Source: Bacteroidales bacterium (lineage in GTDB: Bacteria; Bacteroidota; Bacteroidia; Bacteroidales; UBA12077). From it: 64,000 nt of DNA. The notes beneath the pieces were generated by a model. The model had not been told where the DNA came from, searched no databases, and saw nothing but the letters and a program-made list of their open reading frames with translations. Where the stretch lies: assembly GCA_028282785.1 (NCBI GenBank), contig JANQHE010000002.1, positions 25,149-89,148 of the forward strand, written 5' to 3'. Below are positions 1 to 8,901 of the stretch, piece by piece. The translations under genes were made by a program, and so were the position numbers. Every line of letters begins with the position of its first letter. The stretch's first letter is position 1.

Positions 1-2513
1 AAAAATCTCCCAATGTTTTTGATGGTATTTCTGCAGCCAGCCTCAGAAAAACTGGAGACTCCGATGCAGCTTCTTCAATTAAAAGAGTTACCGGTGTTTC
101 CGTTACCAATGGTAAATATGTTTATGTTAGAGGTTTAGGTGACCGCTACACTAAAACTATCCTGAATGGAGTTGATGTACCGGGATTAGATCCTGATAGG
201 AACACGATACAAATGGATATATTTCCAACCAATATAATTGATAATATTATTGTTCACAAGTCCTTTAGCGCTGAGCTCCCAGCTGATTTTACCGGAGGCG
301 TTGTTGACATAGAATTAAAAGATTTCCCGGAAGAAAAGCAAGGAAGTATTTCAGTTGGTGCAGGATATAACGCAAATTTTCACTTCAATAGTAATTACTT
401 AAATTACGAAGGTGGAGCCACAGACCTTTTGGGTTTTGATGATGGAACAAGAGATATACCTGCCAGTTCCAATATACCAACATATAATGACCTGTTACTT
501 GAAAATGATCCGATGGGAGAAAATTCTCTTCGATACAAAGAAATTTTAGGCAATTTTAGTCCAAATATGGCTGCTATTAAAGAAACAAGCTTAATGGATT
601 ATGATTTTGGTATTTCATTTGGGAATCAAAAACTTCTCGAAAAAACTACAATAGGTTATAATATTGCTTTCTCATATAAAAACAATACAGAATTTTACGA
701 AAAAGCCAAATTTGAAAAATACGCTCAAAATCCTGATTTAAATGAATCTGAATTAATTATTGATAATACTGCCAATGGGGCGTATGGGATTAATAATGTA
801 TTTTTAAATGGTTTAGTTGGATTTGCCGTTAAAACAAAAAGTTCTAAATATAGAATTAACTTAATTCATCTCCAAAATGGAGAGTCTTCCGCTGGTATTT
901 TTGATTTTATTAGTAGAGATGCCGGAAGTGATTTTGAAGCATTCCAACATACTTTATTATACTCACAGAGATCACTTACAAATTTACTAATTGACGGAAA
1001 ACATCGTTTTGATGAATCTAAATGGGAGATTATTTGGAAATTGTCACCAACTTTATCCAAAATAGAGGACCCGGATATTCGATTTACAAGATATGCTTAC
1101 AGACCAAGTGGTTTAGAAATCGGAACAGAAACCGGTTTTCCTGAAAGAACCTGGCGAGAATTAGATGAAATGAATTTAGGTGGAGTTCTACATTTAACTA
1201 AAAAATTTAAATTTAACGGACAAGATGCTAAATTAAAATTTGGAGGAGCTTACACATATAAAGAAAGAAATTTTAATGTTCGTACGTTTGCTATTAATGT
1301 AAGAAATATTCCATTAACAGGAGATCCGGACGAATTATTTTTTGATGAAAATTTATGGCCTTACCAAGATGATATTAATAGAGGGACAACTATTGAACCA
1401 AACTTTATTCCGGATAATGTAAATAAATTTGATGCCAATGTTAATTATAAGGCAGGATATATTTCAGGTGAAGTAAATATTTTTAAAAGCTTAAAAACTA
1501 TACTTGGTGTAAGAGCTGAAAATTATATTCAAAGATACACAGGTACGGATCAACAGCAAGTTAATGTACTTGACAATGATAAGGTACTTGATGAGCTAAA
1601 CTTCTTTCCATCAGTAAACCTAATTTATGGCGTAAATGAAGATATGAATTTACGTATATCTTATTCCAAAACAATTGCAAGACCATCGCTTAAGGAACTT
1701 TCTTATGCCCAAATCTTTGATCCGGTAAGTGGTACTACTTTTATTGGTGGGCTAGCAGATGATATTGGGCAACATCCTGATACAGGAGATGATATTGTTT
1801 ATTGGGATGGTAATTTGGTAAGTACTGATATTCAGAACATTGATTTAAGGTGGGAATGGTTTCATGAAAGAGATCAAATGGTCTCGCTAAGCGGATTTTA
1901 TAAAAAATTCAGCAATCCAATTGAGATGGTTCAATTTGCAACAACACAAAAAACTGCTATACAACCTAGAAATGTTGGTGACGGTCAAGTTATTGGGGTT
2001 GAAATTGAAATACGACAAGCGTTAGGATTTATAAATGAATCTTTTAATAATTTCAGTCTAACCGGAAATTTTACATATGTTGAGTCAAAAGTTAAATATA
2101 GTCAGTCTGAATATGACTCCAGAGTAATAAATGCCCGTACCGGACAAACTATTGATGAGTATCGTGATATGGCCGGACAGTCTCCATATTTAATAAATAT
2201 CGGAGCTGTCTATAATGGTGGTACAGAAGGAATCTGGGAGGGACTGGAAGCAGGTCTTTTCTATAATGTTCAGGGAAAAAGCCTTGCTGTTGTTGGTATA
2301 GCTAGCAAACCTGATATTTACACTTTGCCATTTCATAGTTTAAATTTTACTCTTAACAAACAGTTCAATGGCTTAGGAGTAGGCTTTAAAGTTAAAAATA
2401 TTTTGAACAGTAAAGATGAAGCTGTTTACCAAGCTTATCAAGCGGAAGATCAATATTATAGATTACTTGAAAAAGGTATTAGTTTTAGTTTAAGCTTAAA
2501 ATATAAATTTTAG
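1..2513 (+). CDS. TonB-dependent receptor, 5'-truncated by the window
   Basis: Frame is open from position 3 (KSPNVFDGISAASLRKTGDSDAASSIKRVTGVSVTNGKYVYVRGLGDRY, plug domain) into the 766-aa ORF; beta-barrel-like sequence ending in Phe (LKYKF). Confidence 0.93.
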   Translation, partial: KSPNVFDGISAASLRKTGDSDAASSIKRVTGVSVTNGKYVYVRGLGDRYTKTILNGVDVPGLDPDRNTIQMDIFPTNIIDNIIVHKSFSAELPADFTGGVVDIELKDFPEEKQGSISVGAGYNANFHFNSNYLNYEGGATDLLGFDDGTRDIPASSNIPTYNDLLLENDPMGENSLRYKEILGNFSPNMAAIKETSLMDYDFGISFGNQKLLEKTTIGYNIAFSYKNNTEFYEKAKFEKYAQNPDLNESELIIDNTANGAYGINNVFLNGLVGFAVKTKSSKYRINLIHLQNGESSAGIFDFISRDAGSDFEAFQHTLLYSQRSLTNLLIDGKHRFDESKWEIIWKLSPTLSKIEDPDIRFTRYAYRPSGLEIGTETGFPERTWRELDEMNLGGVLHLTKKFKFNGQDAKLKFGGAYTYKERNFNVRTFAINVRNIPLTGDPDELFFDENLWPYQDDINRGTTIEPNFIPDNVNKFDANVNYKAGYISGEVNIFKSLKTILGVRAENYIQRYTGTDQQQVNVLDNDKVLDELNFFPSVNLIYGVNEDMNLRISYSKTIARPSLKELSYAQIFDPVSGTTFIGGLADDIGQHPDTGDDIVYWDGNLVSTDIQNIDLRWEWFHERDQMVSLSGFYKKFSNPIEMVQFATTQKTAIQPRNVGDGQVIGVEIEIRQALGFINESFNNFSLTGNFTYVESKVKYSQSEYDSRVINARTGQTIDEYRDMAGQSPYLINIGAVYNGGTEGIWEGLEAGLFYNVQGKSLAVVGIASKPDIYTLPFHSLNFTLNKQFNGLGVGFKVKNILNSKDEAVYQAYQAEDQYYRLLEKGISFSLSLKYKF

Positions 2514-2531
2514 GATTTGTATTTAAACTTT

Positions 2532-2559
2532 AAAAACCGGTTTTTTAAACCGGTTTTTT
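2532..2559 (+). terminator. Intrinsic terminator
   Basis: AAAAACCGGTTT-TTT-AAACCGGTTTTTT hairpin plus T tract after the TBDR stop. Confidence 0.8.
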
Positions 2560-2602
2560 CTTATGCCTATTTTAACAAATATGGAAATTTATTATTTATT
2601 GT

Positions 2603-2718
2603 TAACATTAATTTAACACACAATTATCTAAAGATCTACACATTAAACGTTAAAAGATATTTTAATTAACCTTTTCTTAACATTTATATAACATTATATT
2701 AATTTTTTCGTATCTTTG
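2603..2718 (+). promoter_or_regulatory. 11-bp-periodic TAAC boxes plus Bacteroidota -7 element
   Basis: TAAC at 2603 and 2614; TAAC at 2667, 2678, 2689 and TAAT at 2700; TATCTTTG (TAnnTTTG) at 2711-2718. Confidence 0.65.
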
Positions 2719-2756
2719 AATAAAGAAACTAGTATAAATCCAAAAATATAAATGTC

Positions 2757-3227
2757 ATGAAAACATTAATCACATACTTAGCTACCCTATTTTTACTAAT
2801 TTCAACTGGTTTTTCACAAGAATTAGTAAAAAAAGATGGAAAATTCTATGATAACTCTGAAAATTTATATTCTGGCAATTACACTGAATATTACGAAAAC
2901 GGAACCTTAAAAGTAAATGCTAAAATAAAGGATGGAGAATACCATGGTGAAACAATTATGTATTTTAATAACGGATTTATTAATGAAAAACGTTATTATA
3001 ATTCAGGTAAGATGCATGGAACTTGGGTTACATTTAATGAAAGTAATGTCAAATTAGCTATTGCTAATTACGAAAATGGGAAAAAACATGGAGAATGGAT
3101 AATTTGGGATGAAAAAGGTACATTACGATACAAAATGAATTATGTTGATGGGGAAAGAAAAGGAACCTGGGAAGTATTTGACGAAAAAGGCCAGTTACTA
3201 GCAGAAAGAGAATACCCATCAAAATAA
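2757..3227 (+). CDS. Secreted MORN-variant repeat protein (YwqK-like)
   Basis: Signal peptide; repeated Y-x-NG-x-x-HG-x-W units. Confidence 0.85.
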   Translation: MKTLITYLATLFLLISTGFSQELVKKDGKFYDNSENLYSGNYTEYYENGTLKVNAKIKDGEYHGETIMYFNNGFINEKRYYNSGKMHGTWVTFNESNVKLAIANYENGKKHGEWIIWDEKGTLRYKMNYVDGERKGTWEVFDEKGQLLAEREYPSK

Positions 3228-3240
3228 TAATTGGTTTATT

Positions 3241-3280
3241 AAATGAAAAATGCTCTTGATTTCAAGAGCATTTTTCATTT
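3241..3280. terminator. Bidirectional terminator
   Basis: Perfect 19-bp inverted repeat AAATGAAAAATGCTCTTGA-TT-TCAAGAGCATTTTTCATTT between convergent genes. Confidence 0.85.
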
Positions 3281-3979
3281 AAGGGCTTCAATCTTTAAAA
3301 TTAAGTTTGGGTCTATACAAAGTTTATGAAAATATTCTCTCGCTGATGGTGGAGCAACACCTGGAAAATCACCTTCTTTACCTAAGATATCTGTTATAAC
3401 CTGAAAATGTAAATGAGGGGGCCAATTCCCATTAATATTTTCATCACCTATATATGCAATAACATCTCCCCTCCTAACTTGTTGCCCTTTTCTCTTTTCT
3501 TGTATTGATTCAAGACTAAGATGGCCATATAAAGTATAAAATACTTCTCCTTCGATCAAATGCTCTAAAATCAAAGTTGGCCCATAATCACCATAAGCTA
3601 TATTATTATTGAAACTATGGACAATTCCGGGTAGTGGAGAATAAATTTGAGTTCCTTCTTTTATCCATATGTCAATTCCCAGGTGGATACTTCTTGGTTC
3701 GCCATCGTTGTCGTAATGCTTACTACGTTTATAAATTAGCCTATCCTCTAAGTACCCCCCAACTCCAACCTTCTTTTTTTCCTTTTTAAGCTTGTTAAAC
3801 ACATAGCTTGTCAACTCCTCGGTATTATCTAAATCAACATTATATAATTCTTTATTTTTTTCCGAAAAATCAAAAACAAAAACGTTTTTTTCATTTAATT
3901 CAACATCAACCACTCTAGCAATAAAATCCCTGTTTTTCTTTAGGATTTTAATTATATGTTCAGTTTTTCCTTTTTGCAT
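3275..3979 (-). CDS. M23-family metallopeptidase
   Basis: HLGID (HxxxD) and HLHFQ (HxH) zinc motifs, YGHL; no signal peptide. Confidence 0.88.
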   Translation of the reverse strand: MQKGKTEHIIKILKKNRDFIARVVDVELNEKNVFVFDFSEKNKELYNVDLDNTEELTSYVFNKLKKEKKKVGVGGYLEDRLIYKRSKHYDNDGEPRSIHLGIDIWIKEGTQIYSPLPGIVHSFNNNIAYGDYGPTLILEHLIEGEVFYTLYGHLSLESIQEKRKGQQVRRGDVIAYIGDENINGNWPPHLHFQVITDILGKEGDFPGVAPPSAREYFHKLCIDPNLILKIEALK

Positions 3980-4030
3980 ACATATGCAATATAAGAAAAT
4001 ATAAGCTCAAAATAAACAGAATAAAATAAT

Positions 4031-4061
4031 AAAAAAAGCCCGGGTTAAAAACCCAGGCTTT
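4031..4061 (-). terminator. Intrinsic terminator
   Basis: AAAAAAAGCCCGGGTT-AAA-AACCCAGGCTTT, T tract on the minus strand downstream of 4082..4426. Confidence 0.7.
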
Positions 4062-4081
4062 CTCAATCCTTTATGAATGTA

Positions 4082-4426
4082 TTAATTGAAGCTTTCTATT
4101 TCTAATTTAATTGTATCGCCCGTATCATTTCCTAATTTTACGGTTTCCACTTTATCCTTATATGAAATATATGTTGCTTTCAATTCAACTATCCCTTGTT
4201 GTATACCGTCTATTACAAAATTCCCATCGAAATCTGTATAAACACTCTTTTCTGTTCCTTCTATATTTACTTTTACCCCTGTTAAAGCCTCACCTGTTAA
4301 TTTATCAATAACTTTTCCTTTCACAGAAACAGTTTTGACTGATCCTTCATCATTTTTAACATCATTTGCCGACAGGACAACTCCTGTTAAAAGTAATAGT
4401 GTAAATAAAAATATTATCTTTTGCAT
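4082..4426 (-). CDS. Stand-alone carboxypeptidase-regulatory-like (CarbopepD_reg_2) domain protein
   Basis: Signal peptide then VKGKVIDKLTGEALTGVKVNIEGT...YTDFDGNF...YISY, the N-terminal extension seen on SusC/TBDRs. Confidence 0.85.
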   Translation of the reverse strand: MQKIIFLFTLLLLTGVVLSANDVKNDEGSVKTVSVKGKVIDKLTGEALTGVKVNIEGTEKSVYTDFDGNFVIDGIQQGIVELKATYISYKDKVETVKLGNDTGDTIKLEIESFN

Positions 4427-4452
4427 ACTCTTGTTAATTTTAATATTCGATC

Positions 4453-4554
4453 CAAAGGTACCTGCACCACGTTACTTAAACATTATTAGAGAATATAATT
4501 TTCGTTAACGTTATATTAATTTTATGTTAGCTATATTAAATTTATGTAATATTG
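4453..4554. promoter_or_regulatory. Divergent promoter region with 11-bp-periodic TAAC/TAAT boxes
   Basis: Minus-strand TACCTTTG at 4453-4460; plus-strand RTTA at 4471, 4482, 4504, 4515, 4526; TAATATTG (-7-like) at 4547-4554. Confidence 0.6.
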
Positions 4555-4587
4555 CAGTCAAAATTTTATCCTAACTCAATTAAATAA

Positions 4588-5598
4588 ATGAAAACAAAAT
4601 TCTATTTTTTCCTGTTAAATGTATTAATATTAGTGTTTTTTTCCACTCAAATGTTTTCTCAAGAGAAAAATATTTCATTTAAACCTTCCGGTAAATTTCA
4701 AGGAAAAGTATTTAGTAATTTCCATTATGAGTTGGTTGAAGATGGCGAATCCGCCTTTGCAGTTGATCGGGCTTATTTTGGGTATGAACATTACCTGTCT
4801 GAAAATTTTACGGTTATTTTAAAATTAGATATTGGAAGCCCTAACCAGAATTCTCAATATGATATTTTAAAGAGATATGCGTATTTTAAAAACGCTGCTT
4901 TAGTTTACTCAAAAGATAAATTAAAAATAAGTTTTGGATTAATTGATCTTCAACAATTTAAATTTCAAGAAAAATTTTGGGGACATAGGTATATTTATAA
5001 ATCTTTTATGGATGAACATAACTTTGGAAGTAGCGCAGACATAGGTGCATCTATCTCATATAAATTAAGTAAAATTATATCAACAGACCTAACAGTTATG
5101 AATGGAGAGGGATATAACCAGTTACAAGCAGATAATAAATATAAAACTGGTTTAGGAATAACTTTTCTACCCATAAAAGGACTAACTGCAAGATTTTATG
5201 TGGATTATACGAAACAAGAAGAAATACAAGCAACATGGTCGGGGTTTATCGGTTATGATCTTAAGAAAATAGTAAAACTTGGAGTTGAATACAACCATCA
5301 ATTAAATAACAAATATGAGAATGATCATAACCTTCAAGGTTTTTCAACATATGCTTCTTATAATATTTTTAAAAAATGGGAACTCTTTGCCCGTTATGAT
5401 AAATTATGGTCGAATAAAATCGCAGGTGAAGAGTATGACTGGAATATTAATAAAGATGGTAGTGCTTTAATAGCAGGAATACAATTTGCTCCTATTAAAA
5501 ATGTTAAAATTGCTGCCAATTATCAAGATTGGTATCCGTATGTGCAAAATATTGATAATGAGTCATATATTTACTTAAATCTTGAATATAAATTTTAA
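4588..5598 (+). CDS. Outer-membrane porin-like beta-barrel protein
   Basis: Signal peptide, amphipathic strands (RAYFGY, ELFARYD), C-terminal YLNLEYKF; OprO/P-like assignment is inference. Confidence 0.75.
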   Translation: MKTKFYFFLLNVLILVFFSTQMFSQEKNISFKPSGKFQGKVFSNFHYELVEDGESAFAVDRAYFGYEHYLSENFTVILKLDIGSPNQNSQYDILKRYAYFKNAALVYSKDKLKISFGLIDLQQFKFQEKFWGHRYIYKSFMDEHNFGSSADIGASISYKLSKIISTDLTVMNGEGYNQLQADNKYKTGLGITFLPIKGLTARFYVDYTKQEEIQATWSGFIGYDLKKIVKLGVEYNHQLNNKYENDHNLQGFSTYASYNIFKKWELFARYDKLWSNKIAGEEYDWNINKDGSALIAGIQFAPIKNVKIAANYQDWYPYVQNIDNESYIYLNLEYKF

Positions 5599-5609
5599 TT
5601 CACCTTGCT

Positions 5610-6962
5610 ATGAAAATTAAAGCTTTATACCTAGTAACGTTTATATTTTTGATACCATCTACATTTTCATGTAGAAAAAGCGACATTGTTTTTAACAATG
5701 GAACTACCATAACAGATGATGGTAGCGGAACAGGAACTGTAACCTGGGAAGCAGGTGAAGAATATATTCTTGAAGGGTTCGTATTTGTTAATCCGGGGCA
5801 AACCCTTACCATAGAGCCTGGTACAGTAATTAGAGCAAAAACAGGGCAGGGGGAAAATGCCAGTGCTTTAATTGTAGCAAGAGGAGCTAAAATTATTGCC
5901 GAAGGTACCCGCGAAAAACCAATTATATTCACTGTTGAGGGTGATGATTTGGATGGTTCTGTTCCGATTGAATCTCGTGGTCTTTGGGGAGGAGTCATAA
6001 TATTAGGGAATGCCCAGTTAAACAGTGAGTTTAATGAGTCAAAAATTGAAGGGATTCCACTATCTGAATCGAGAGGTATTTATGGAGGTTCAATAAATAA
6101 CGACAACTCCGGAATATTTAAATACATTTCTATTCGGCATGGAGGTACTAATATTGGTGAAGATAATGAGATAAATGGATTAACACTTGGAGGAGTAGGT
6201 TCAGGTACTATTATTGAATATATTGAAGTAATCTCTAACAAAGACGATGGGTTTGAGTTTTTTGGAGGAACTGTTAATTGTAAATACCTGGCTTCTGCTT
6301 TTTGCGGAGACGACGCATTTGATTTTGATGAAGGATATAGGGGTAAAGGACAATTTTGGTTGGCTATTCAAGCTCCAGCATTGGGTGATAATCTCGCTGA
6401 ACATGATGGCGGAATTGACCCTGAATATGGTGAACCATATTGTATACCTGACATTTATAATGCAACTTATATCGGAAATGGACAGTTAAACTCTTCAAAC
6501 CTGATGATTTTCTCAGATGATGCAGGAGGTAAATATAGAAATTCAATATTTATTAATCAGTTAAACGGTATAGAGATAGAATATATTGATGGCTTTAATG
6601 ACAGTTATACTCAATTTGAAAATGAAAATTTGATCTTTGAAAATAATATTTTTTATAACATTGAAGGAAATAACAATTCTTTAATTCTCTCTGCCTTTAA
6701 TGAAGAGGATGACCCTTTAACTGACCAACAAATGGCATTGCAAAACTATTTTTTAACTGCAAATAACGAAGTTTATGACCCCGGGATAATCATTACCGAA
6801 AACGATTATGATGTTTTACCTTCTGGTGATGTTGAAAGTGACCTGGCTGATTATGCAGATGAATGGTATGATGAAGCAAGCTTTAAAGGCGCTTTTGAGC
6901 CTTCAGGTACGAATTGGTTAGAAGGATGGTCATTATTAAGTAAATCAGGAAAAATTAGATAA
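5610..6962 (+). CDS. Lipoprotein with predicted beta-helix (pectin-lyase-like) fold
   Basis: Lipobox TFSC (Cys21); WGGVIILGNA, EINGLTLGGVGSGT, DDGFEFFGGTVN, DDAFDFDEGYRG motifs; very acidic. Confidence 0.8.
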   Translation: MKIKALYLVTFIFLIPSTFSCRKSDIVFNNGTTITDDGSGTGTVTWEAGEEYILEGFVFVNPGQTLTIEPGTVIRAKTGQGENASALIVARGAKIIAEGTREKPIIFTVEGDDLDGSVPIESRGLWGGVIILGNAQLNSEFNESKIEGIPLSESRGIYGGSINNDNSGIFKYISIRHGGTNIGEDNEINGLTLGGVGSGTIIEYIEVISNKDDGFEFFGGTVNCKYLASAFCGDDAFDFDEGYRGKGQFWLAIQAPALGDNLAEHDGGIDPEYGEPYCIPDIYNATYIGNGQLNSSNLMIFSDDAGGKYRNSIFINQLNGIEIEYIDGFNDSYTQFENENLIFENNIFYNIEGNNNSLILSAFNEEDDPLTDQQMALQNYFLTANNEVYDPGIIITENDYDVLPSGDVESDLADYADEWYDEASFKGAFEPSGTNWLEGWSLLSKSGKIR

Positions 6963-6967
6963 TTCTT

Positions 6968-7024
6968 AAAATAAGAAAGAGGCTTCTATGTTGAAAAGCA
7001 AGTAAAAGCCTCTTTCTTATTTTA
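6968..7024. terminator. Bidirectional terminator
   Basis: AAAATAAGAAAGAGGCTT...AAGCCTCTTTCTTATTTT inverted repeat between convergent genes. Confidence 0.75.
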
Positions 7025-7265
7025 GTGTATCTCCATATAAAACAGAATCTTTTATAATTGAATCCATCATCATCCTAAACTTAAGTTCTTCCTCAACCTT
7101 TTCAAACTTCTTTATTAAATACTCATAATCTTCTTTTAAAGATTGTTGTTCCATAAGTAATAATTTATTCCTTTCTCCTTGTTCATAATATAAAAATGCC
7201 CGATCAATCAGAGCTCCAAGGAAGAAAAAGGTAATTACAAGAACAGTAACCTTAAACTTGCTCAT
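7017..7265 (-). CDS. Small membrane-anchored coiled-coil protein
   Basis: N-terminal hydrophobic helix then a charged heptad-like segment; ends at the terminator. Confidence 0.65.
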   Translation of the reverse strand: MSKFKVTVLVITFFFLGALIDRAFLYYEQGERNKLLLMEQQSLKEDYEYLIKKFEKVEEELKFRMMMDSIIKDSVLYGDTLK

Positions 7266-7341
7266 AATTTTGTTAATTGACTAATAATTAAACACTAAAT
7301 TAAAAATAATTAACAAATCTTAATATCTTAGCTTAGTATAT

Positions 7342-8850
7342 CTATTGATGTTCCGGTCTTAACAAATCATTTACTGTTTTTACCGGATTAAATGTTTCTA
7401 CGTGTACTTCTACAAAAACAGTATTCCAATTGGCCATTGCACCATTCCATAATCCAGGTAATTCTTGAGCTTTTAAGTTTCTTCCACCTTTTGATTTTTT
7501 GGAAATAAAACCTGTATTTAAATCTCTGTATTTCAATAAATCAAACTTATTTCCACTTTTATTTTTGGTTGCACATACTAAATCAACAGGATTAAAGTGC
7601 GTCGATAATTTTACTATCTCATTCTGTTTTTCATTATTAGAATCAATTTGAGAGGATTCTACAATTTGCAAATCCATAATTCCATTGGTTTGTTTAACCC
7701 AAAACGGACCCCCACCTGGCTCACCCTCATTTTTAACCATTCCGCAAACTCGGATTGGCCGATTTAAAATTCCTAATATTGATTTTGGATCAATATTCTT
7801 ATCAAATTCATAACATAAATCTTTCTTTATGAAATCTTTTATTTCAGATAAAATTTCATCCGTATAATTTATTTCTTCAAGAATATCTATGTAATTAAAA
7901 ATCTTTTCCTGGTAAGATAATAGTATTCCGGCTAATGCTTTTTTGTATTTTACTGTCACCTCTTTCATTCGATCCGGCACTACATTATCAATATTTTTAA
8001 TAAAGATAATATCAGAATCGAATTCGTTTAAGTTTTCTATTAAAGCTCCGTGTCCACCGGGTCTGAACAGCAAAGATCCATCTGAATTTCTGAATAACTG
8101 ATTTTCTAAATCAACAGCCACCATATCTGTTGAAGGTTTCTGTTGTGAAAATGAAATCTTATATTTTACATTAAATCTTTTCTCAAAATACTCAATTTTG
8201 GTTTCAAGCAAATCCAGAAATAAATCCTTATGTTCAGGAGAAATTGTAAAGTGAATCTTAACAACATTATCGAAAGATTTTGAATAACTAGCACCTTCAT
8301 ACAAATGTTCTTCAAATGCCGTTCTTAAATCATCCTCGTATTTATGAAAACTTAAAACTCCTTTGGGCTTTTGTCCATAATTAAGACCATCATGAAACAA
8401 GAAATACCTTAGTATTTCCTTAAACTTTCCGGTTTTTAATAAATTATTAATATCCTGTCCGTTAGATTTTATTACATTTTTTAACTCATCATAAAATGCA
8501 AACTTTTCAAGATTCTTAAAATATCTCTCTATACTTTCATCACTAACTTCTTCAATATTATTATATTGTCCATCAGCTTTTTCGTAAAATTCAAATAGAA
8601 ATTTAAACATTCTTGAAGCTGCCCCTGATGCGGGAATAAATTTTAAAGAATCGGGACTAAGGTCTTCATACAATTTAATGTACGCTTCAATTTCCTCTTC
8701 ACTCAGACGAATAATTCCATCATTAATGGTTGCTGGTCTTGATATTTTTAAATATGGAAATCCTTGTATAAAATTCTTTATCTGATTATTTACTTTTTCG
8801 GGAGTTAAACCCTTACTTTCAATTTGTTGAATATCTTTTTCTGTAAACAT
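7342..8850 (-). CDS. DUF4301 family protein
   Basis: KFIPASGAASRMFK, RPGGHGALIENL, FIKNIDNV, GEPGGGPFW, FNPVKTVNDLLRPEHQ. Confidence 0.92.
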   Translation of the reverse strand: MFTEKDIQQIESKGLTPEKVNNQIKNFIQGFPYLKISRPATINDGIIRLSEEEIEAYIKLYEDLSPDSLKFIPASGAASRMFKFLFEFYEKADGQYNNIEEVSDESIERYFKNLEKFAFYDELKNVIKSNGQDINNLLKTGKFKEILRYFLFHDGLNYGQKPKGVLSFHKYEDDLRTAFEEHLYEGASYSKSFDNVVKIHFTISPEHKDLFLDLLETKIEYFEKRFNVKYKISFSQQKPSTDMVAVDLENQLFRNSDGSLLFRPGGHGALIENLNEFDSDIIFIKNIDNVVPDRMKEVTVKYKKALAGILLSYQEKIFNYIDILEEINYTDEILSEIKDFIKKDLCYEFDKNIDPKSILGILNRPIRVCGMVKNEGEPGGGPFWVKQTNGIMDLQIVESSQIDSNNEKQNEIVKLSTHFNPVDLVCATKNKSGNKFDLLKYRDLNTGFISKKSKGGRNLKAQELPGLWNGAMANWNTVFVEVHVETFNPVKTVNDLLRPEHQ

Positions 8851-8901
8851 ATTGTACGATTATTTATGTTTATACAAAAATAAACTGAATTTAGCTTATT
8901 G

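Noticed and set aside
2757-3227. YwqK 'antitoxin' as part of a toxin-antitoxin pair
   Set aside because: It has a signal peptide, its own terminator and no adjacent toxin gene
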